Shown: piece after piece, positions 59,485 through 64,000 of the stretch
How the letters are laid out: every line of letters starts with the position of its first letter
Position numbering within the stretch: position 1 is the stretch's first letter
NCBI RefSeq assembly: GCF_003334385.1
Contig: NZ_QOWN01000011.1
Length of the DNA stretch: 64,000 nt
Origin: Escherichia coli
GTDB taxonomy: Bacteria; Pseudomonadota; Gammaproteobacteria; Enterobacterales; Enterobacteriaceae
Reading direction: 5' to 3' (one strand)
The notes under the pieces: generated by a model
Seen by the model: the letters and a program-made list of their open reading frames with translations, nothing else
Told to the model about the DNA's origin: nothing
Database searches by the model: none
Made by a program: the position numbers and the translations under genes

Positions 59485-59782
59485 ACGTATTTCGGGACGA
59501 TTTTGTGCGTCCCGCAACATCTTTCCCCGTCATTTTGTTACTCTGCTTACATCACCTGGATTGATAGTAAAAGTTTGCAACAAGGGCGAAAGTCAGTACA
59601 ATCCCCGCCCGAATGTGTGTAAACGTGAACGCAATCGATTACGTAAATGATAGAACTGTGAAACGAAACATATTTTTGTGAGCAATGATTTTTATAATAG
59701 GCTCCTCTGTATACGAAATATTTAGAAACGCAATTTGCGCCTTTTTCACTCCCGCAAGGGATTTTCAAACAGTGGCATACAT

Positions 59783-60667
59783 ATGAAAAAAACATTACTG
59801 GCAGCCGGTGCGGTACTGGCGCTCTCTTCGTCTTTTACTGTTAACGCAGCTGAAAACGACAAACCGCAGTATCTTTCCGACTGGTGGCACCAGAGCGTTA
59901 ACGTTGTCGGAAGCTATCACACCCGTTTCGGACCGCAGATCCGCAACGATACCTACCTTGAGTACGAAGCATTCGCTAAAAAAGACTGGTTCGACTTCTA
60001 TGGTTATGCGGATGCGCCGGTATTCTTCGGCGGTAACTCCGATGCTAAAGGTATCTGGAACCACGGTTCTCCGCTGTTTATGGAAATCGAACCACGTTTC
60101 TCCATCGACAAGCTGACCAATACTGACCTTAGCTTCGGTCCGTTCAAAGAGTGGTACTTCGCGAACAACTACATTTACGACATGGGTCGTAATAAAGATG
60201 GTCGCCAGAGCACCTGGTACATGGGTCTGGGTACCGATATCGACACTGGCCTGCCGATGAGCCTGTCCATGAACGTCTATGCGAAATACCAGTGGCAGAA
60301 CTATGGCGCAGCGAACGAAAACGAGTGGGACGGTTACCGTTTCAAAATTAAATACTTTGTGCCGATTACCGATCTGTGGGGCGGTCAGCTGAGCTACATC
60401 GGCTTCACCAACTTCGACTGGGGTTCCGATTTAGGGGATGACAGCGGTAACGCAATCAACGGTATTAAGACCCGTACTAATAACTCTATCGCTTCCAGCC
60501 ATATTCTGGCTCTGAACTACGATCACTGGCACTACTCTGTCGTAGCTCGTTACTGGCACGACGGTGGTCAGTGGAACGACGATGCAGAACTGAACTTCGG
60601 CAACGGCAACTTCAACGTTCGCTCTACCGGCTGGGGTGGTTACCTGGTAGTAGGTTACAACTTCTGA
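59783..60667 (+). CDS. tsx: nucleoside-specific outer-membrane channel Tsx (phage T6/colicin K receptor)
   Basis: 294 aa from ATG at 59783 ([50 protein letters not shown]...); C-terminal aromatic residue typical of beta-barrels. Confidence 0.96.
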
Positions 60668-60673
60668 TTATGA

Positions 60674-60705
60674 AAATGCCGGGATTTATTCCCGGCATTT
60701 CTGAT
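60674..60705 (+). terminator. intrinsic terminator of tsx
   Basis: atgccggg-atttat-tcccggcat hairpin followed by ttctgatt, 7 nt after the tsx stop. Confidence 0.7.
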
Positions 60706-60730
60706 TGTTAACAACGTGTGCTTTGTTCAT

Positions 60731-60829
60731 GCCGGATGCGGCGTAAACGCTTTGTCCGGCCAACAAAAGCACGTAAATTCAATATATTGCTGAAATAACG
60801 TAGGCCTGATAAGCGTAGCGCATCAGGCA
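60731..60829. repeat. BIME: two REP units
   Basis: gccggatgcggcgtaaacgctttgtccggcc (60731-60761) and gtaggcctgataagcgtagcgcatcaggca (60800-60829) between convergent tsx and yajD. Confidence 0.85.
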
Positions 60830-60843
60830 ATTTTACGTTTTAA

Positions 60844-61191
60844 TCACTTCTTCTTGTTCATCATCGCTTTCAGGTCAGCGAATGGGTTGTACTTCGCTTC
60901 ACCGACATCTTTCTGCGCATCTTCCCCTGCGATAACGGTCGTACCATACTGATCCGCTTCGGTATATTTCGAATGCTCATGATCGTGGCAATAGAGACAC
61001 AACAATTCCCAGTTACTGCCATCTTCCGGGTTATTGGTATGGTCGTGATCAATGTGGTGAACGGTAAGTTCACGCAGGTTGGAATAAACAAACTCGCGGG
61101 AACAGCGACCGCAGACCCACGGATAGATTTTTAATGCTTTTTCGCGATAGCCGCTTTCTAACCGCGCATAGTTTTTTGGGATGATAGCCAT
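60844..61191 (-). CDS. yajD: HNH-endonuclease-family protein YajD
   Basis: 115-aa ORF MAIIPKNYARLESGYREKALKIYPWVCGRCSREFVYSNLRELTVHHIDHDHTNNPEDGSNWELLCLYCHDHEH; Cys/His-rich HNH-like motif. Confidence 0.92.
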   Translation of the reverse strand: MAIIPKNYARLESGYREKALKIYPWVCGRCSREFVYSNLRELTVHHIDHDHTNNPEDGSNWELLCLYCHDHEHSKYTEADQYGTTVIAGEDAQKDVGEAKYNPFADLKAMMNKKK

Positions 61192-61266
61192 GAAAAGTTA
61201 CCTGGATGAAATGTAGGGTTACGCGCAGTTTCCCAAGATGCGGGGATTTTCGCAATCTCCATACAT

Positions 61267-61299
61267 CAAAAAAAATCCCGATCTTCTGACCGGGATTTT
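61267..61299 (-). terminator. intrinsic terminator after secF
   Basis: On the minus strand, stem atcccg/cgggat followed by T8, about 20 nt after the secF stop. Confidence 0.6.
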
Positions 61300-61319
61300 C
61301 AACATCAACGGGAACTTGA

Positions 61320-62291
61320 TTACGGCAGAATTGACGGCTGATCCGCCCCTTCTTTTTCCACTTTCTGCTGCAACATGTGTTCGCGCTTCATACCCAGTTT
61401 CAGAGCCAACGCAGATGCCACATAGATGGAAGATGCAGTACCGATGGAAACACCGATAAGCATGGTCAGCGAGAAGCCTTCCAGTACCGGACCACCGAAG
61501 AGGTACAGCATCAGGATAACCATCAAGGTAGTACCGGATGTGATCAAGGTACGGTGCAGCGTCTGGGTCAAGGACACGTTAAAGATTTCGTAAGGCGTAC
61601 CGCGACGGATCTTGCGGAAGTTTTCACGAATACGGTCCGATACCACGATACTGTCGTTAAGCGAGTAACCGATAACCGACATCAACGATGCCACAATGGT
61701 CAGGTCAATCTCGATATGGAATAACGACAAAATACCCAGCGTAATGATAACGTCGTGCGCCAGCGCAATAACCACCCCTGCCGCCAGTCGCCACTCAAAG
61801 CGGAAACCTACGTACACGAGGATAGACAGCAGCGCTGCCATCAACGCCATCGCACCGGTTTGCGCAAGGTCTGCCCCCACGCTCGGACCGACGAACTCAA
61901 TACGCTTCACTGCTGCATTCTGATTGGTGGATTCGTTAATCACCTTCAGAACCTGGCTGCCCAACACCTGACCGCCGGTTTCGCCTTCAGCAGGCGGCAT
62001 ACGGACCATGATGTCATGGCTGCTACCAAAGTTTTGCAGCATCGGCTCTTCAAAACCGGCTTTTTGCAATGCATCACGCATTACGTCAATTTCAGCCGGT
62101 TTTTCGAGCGTAATTTCAATAACCGTACCACCGGTGAAATCCAGCCCCCAGTTAAAGCCGCGCACGCCCATAATAACGATAGCAGCGATTAACAGCAGAC
62201 CAGAGATGCCGAAAGCCCAGTAGTCCCAGCGCATAAAGTCATAGACTTTACGGCCGTGGTTTAGTTGTTCAACAGTATATTCCTGTGCCAC
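61320..62291 (-). CDS. secF: protein translocase subunit SecF
   Basis: 323 aa from GTG at 62289-62291 ([42 protein letters not shown]...); the track ORF is extended 15 codons upstream. Confidence 0.95.
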
Positions 62292-62301
62292 ATCGCACTC
62301 C

Positions 62302-64000
62302 TCAGATTGACAGCTTCTTGACGCGCTTGCCGCCATATAGCAGGTTTACGATGGCACGCGTACCGACAATCGCGGTAAACATCGACGTCGCCACACCGAT
62401 ACCGGTAGTAATCGCGAACCCTTTAATTGCCCCGGTACCCACTGCGTACAGGATGATGACTTTAATCAGCGTGGTGATGTTCGCATCGAAGATAGAACTG
62501 AATGCGCCACGATAACCTTCATCAATTGCCTGTTGAACAGTACGTCCGTTGCTCAACTCTTCTTTAATACGTTCGTTGATCAGTACGTTCGCATCGACCG
62601 CCACCGCAAGGGTTAAGACGATACCCGCGATACCTGGCATACTCAGCGTTGCGCCTGGCAACAGCGACATAATGCCGACGATTAAGATCAAGTTGGCAAT
62701 CAGAGCACTGGTCGCAATCAGACCAAACTTCTTATAGAAGATGATCATGAACAGAATAGAAACCAGCAGACCGGCAAGGCAAGCCTCCAGCCCCTGTTCA
62801 ATGTTCTGCATACCCAGGGTTGGGCCAATGGTACGTTCTTCAACAATCTGAATCGGCGCGATCAACGCACCGGCACGCAGCAGCAGTGACAGCTGACGGG
62901 CTTCGTTCGGGTTGTTGATGCCGGTGATACGGAAGCTGTTACCCAGACGAGACTGGATGTTGGCGATGTTAATCACCTCTTCCTGTTTCACCAGAACCGC
63001 ACGACCATTTGCATCTTTCTTACCGCTGTCTTTGTACTCCACAAACAGGGTTGCCATCGGTTTGCCGATGTTGTCCTTAGTGAAGTTAGACATGATGTTA
63101 CCACCAGCGCTATCGAGCGAGATGTTAACCTGCGGTTGGTTGTATTCGTCCTGGCTGGAAGTGGAGTCGGTGATATGGTCACCGGTCAGAATTACGCGTT
63201 TGTACAGCACAACTGGCTGACCTTCGCGGGTCTGTTTCACTTCAGAGTCGCCCGGTACGCGACCGGATGCCGCAGCGGCCTGGTCAACGTTGGTGTTTAC
63301 CAGACGGAATTCCAGCGTTGCCGTCGCACCCAGAATCTCTTTCGCACGCGCAGTGTCCTGAATACCTGGCAGTTCAACAACGATACGGTCAGCACCCTGA
63401 CGCTGAACCACCGGCTCCGCCACGCCAAGTTGGTTTACACGGTTACGCAGGATATTAATGTTCTGCTGCACCGCATATTCACGCGCTTCACTCAGACGAG
63501 CATCGCTCATTACCGCACGCAGCTGGTTGCTGCCCTGGCTGCTAATCACCAGGTCCGGATGGCGCTTGCTCAGATACGCAATGGCTTCATCACGAGCTTT
63601 AGCATCGCGGAAAGTGATGCTCAGGCCGTAGTTGTTTTCTTTACGAACAGTGGTATACGGGATGCCCTTTTCGCGCAGGTCACTGCGTAGGCTATCGATA
63701 TTTTGTTCCTGGAGTTTGCCAAGCGCGGTGTCCATATCCACTTCCATCAGGAAGTGAACGCCGCCACGCAGGTCAAGGCCGAGCTTCATCGGCTCAGCGT
63801 GAATAGCTGCCAGCCAGCGCGGCGTTGCCGGGGCAAGGTTAAGCGCCACGACGTATTTGTCACCCATAACGCCCATTAATGCTTCACGAGCGCGCAACTG
63901 GGTGTCAGTGGAGTCGAAGCGCGCAAGAATAGCGCCCTCTTCCAGTGCCACAGACTTAGCAGTTATTTTTTCTTCTTGTAACGTTTTCTGGACCTGGATC
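62302..64000 (-). CDS. secD: protein translocase subunit SecD (C-terminal ~566 codons; 5' end beyond window end)
   Basis: Frame remains open to position 64000, reading ...[14 protein letters not shown]?? no; correct frame reads ...[54 protein letters not shown]..., matching the SecD interior; the track ORF start at 63951 is an internal GTG. Confidence 0.93.
   Translation of the reverse strand, partial: IQVQKTLQEEKITAKSVALEEGAILARFDSTDTQLRAREALMGVMGDKYVVALNLAPATPRWLAAIHAEPMKLGLDLRGGVHFLMEVDMDTALGKLQEQNIDSLRSDLREKGIPYTTVRKENNYGLSITFRDAKARDEAIAYLSKRHPDLVISSQGSNQLRAVMSDARLSEAREYAVQQNINILRNRVNQLGVAEPVVQRQGADRIVVELPGIQDTARAKEILGATATLEFRLVNTNVDQAAAASGRVPGDSEVKQTREGQPVVLYKRVILTGDHITDSTSSQDEYNQPQVNISLDSAGGNIMSNFTKDNIGKPMATLFVEYKDSGKKDANGRAVLVKQEEVINIANIQSRLGNSFRITGINNPNEARQLSLLLRAGALIAPIQIVEERTIGPTLGMQNIEQGLEACLAGLLVSILFMIIFYKKFGLIATSALIANLILIVGIMSLLPGATLSMPGIAGIVLTLAVAVDANVLINERIKEELSNGRTVQQAIDEGYRGAFSSIFDANITTLIKVIILYAVGTGAIKGFAITTGIGVATSMFTAIVGTRAIVNLLYGGKRVKKLSI

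Noticed and set aside
59657-59681. Two TGTGA motifs 20 bp apart upstream of tsx as CRP/CytR sites
   Set aside because: tsx is known to be CRP/CytR-regulated, but the second half-sites match the TCACA consensus poorly (acata, atttt), so I could not support a specific site call from sequence alone.

Overview
This 64-kb window is a gene-dense stretch of core Escherichia coli chromosome (K-12-like), running in reverse orientation to the usual K-12 map from apt (truncated at the window start) to secD (truncated at the window end). I found no previously undescribed system. I recognise 61 protein-coding genes plus the 4.5S RNA gene ffs, and every CDS matches the length and sequence of a known E. coli protein as far as I can recall them. 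Gene order is: apt, ybaN, priC, ybaM, mscK, acrR, acrAB, tomB-hha, maa, ylaC, pdeB, ybaA, ffs, atl, ybaY, tesB, amtB-glnK, mdlBA, decR, cof, ybaE, queC, fadM, ybaV, ppiD, hupB, lon, clpX, clpP, tig, bolA, yajG, ampG, cyoABCDE, yajR, yajQ, panE, yajL, thiI, xseB-ispA-dxs-yajO, pgpA-thiL-nusB-ribH-ribD-nrdR, yajI, tsx, yajD, secF, secD. I saw no IS element, transposase, integrase, prophage gene, CRISPR array, tRNA or rRNA. What the ORF track misses is small or non-coding: ffs, the 53-codon ybaM, REP/BIME palindromes at six intergenic sites (five convergent, one tandem), the AcrR operator, a consensus sigma54 promoter for glnK-amtB, a sigma32-type promoter for lon, and several intrinsic terminators. 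All identifications are from memory of E. coli sequences and motif consensus, not from any database search; start codons were chosen by protein-length recall and ribosome-binding-site context, so boundaries may be off by a few codons. The findings below are mostly known biology visible in the sequence plus a few low-confidence curiosities.
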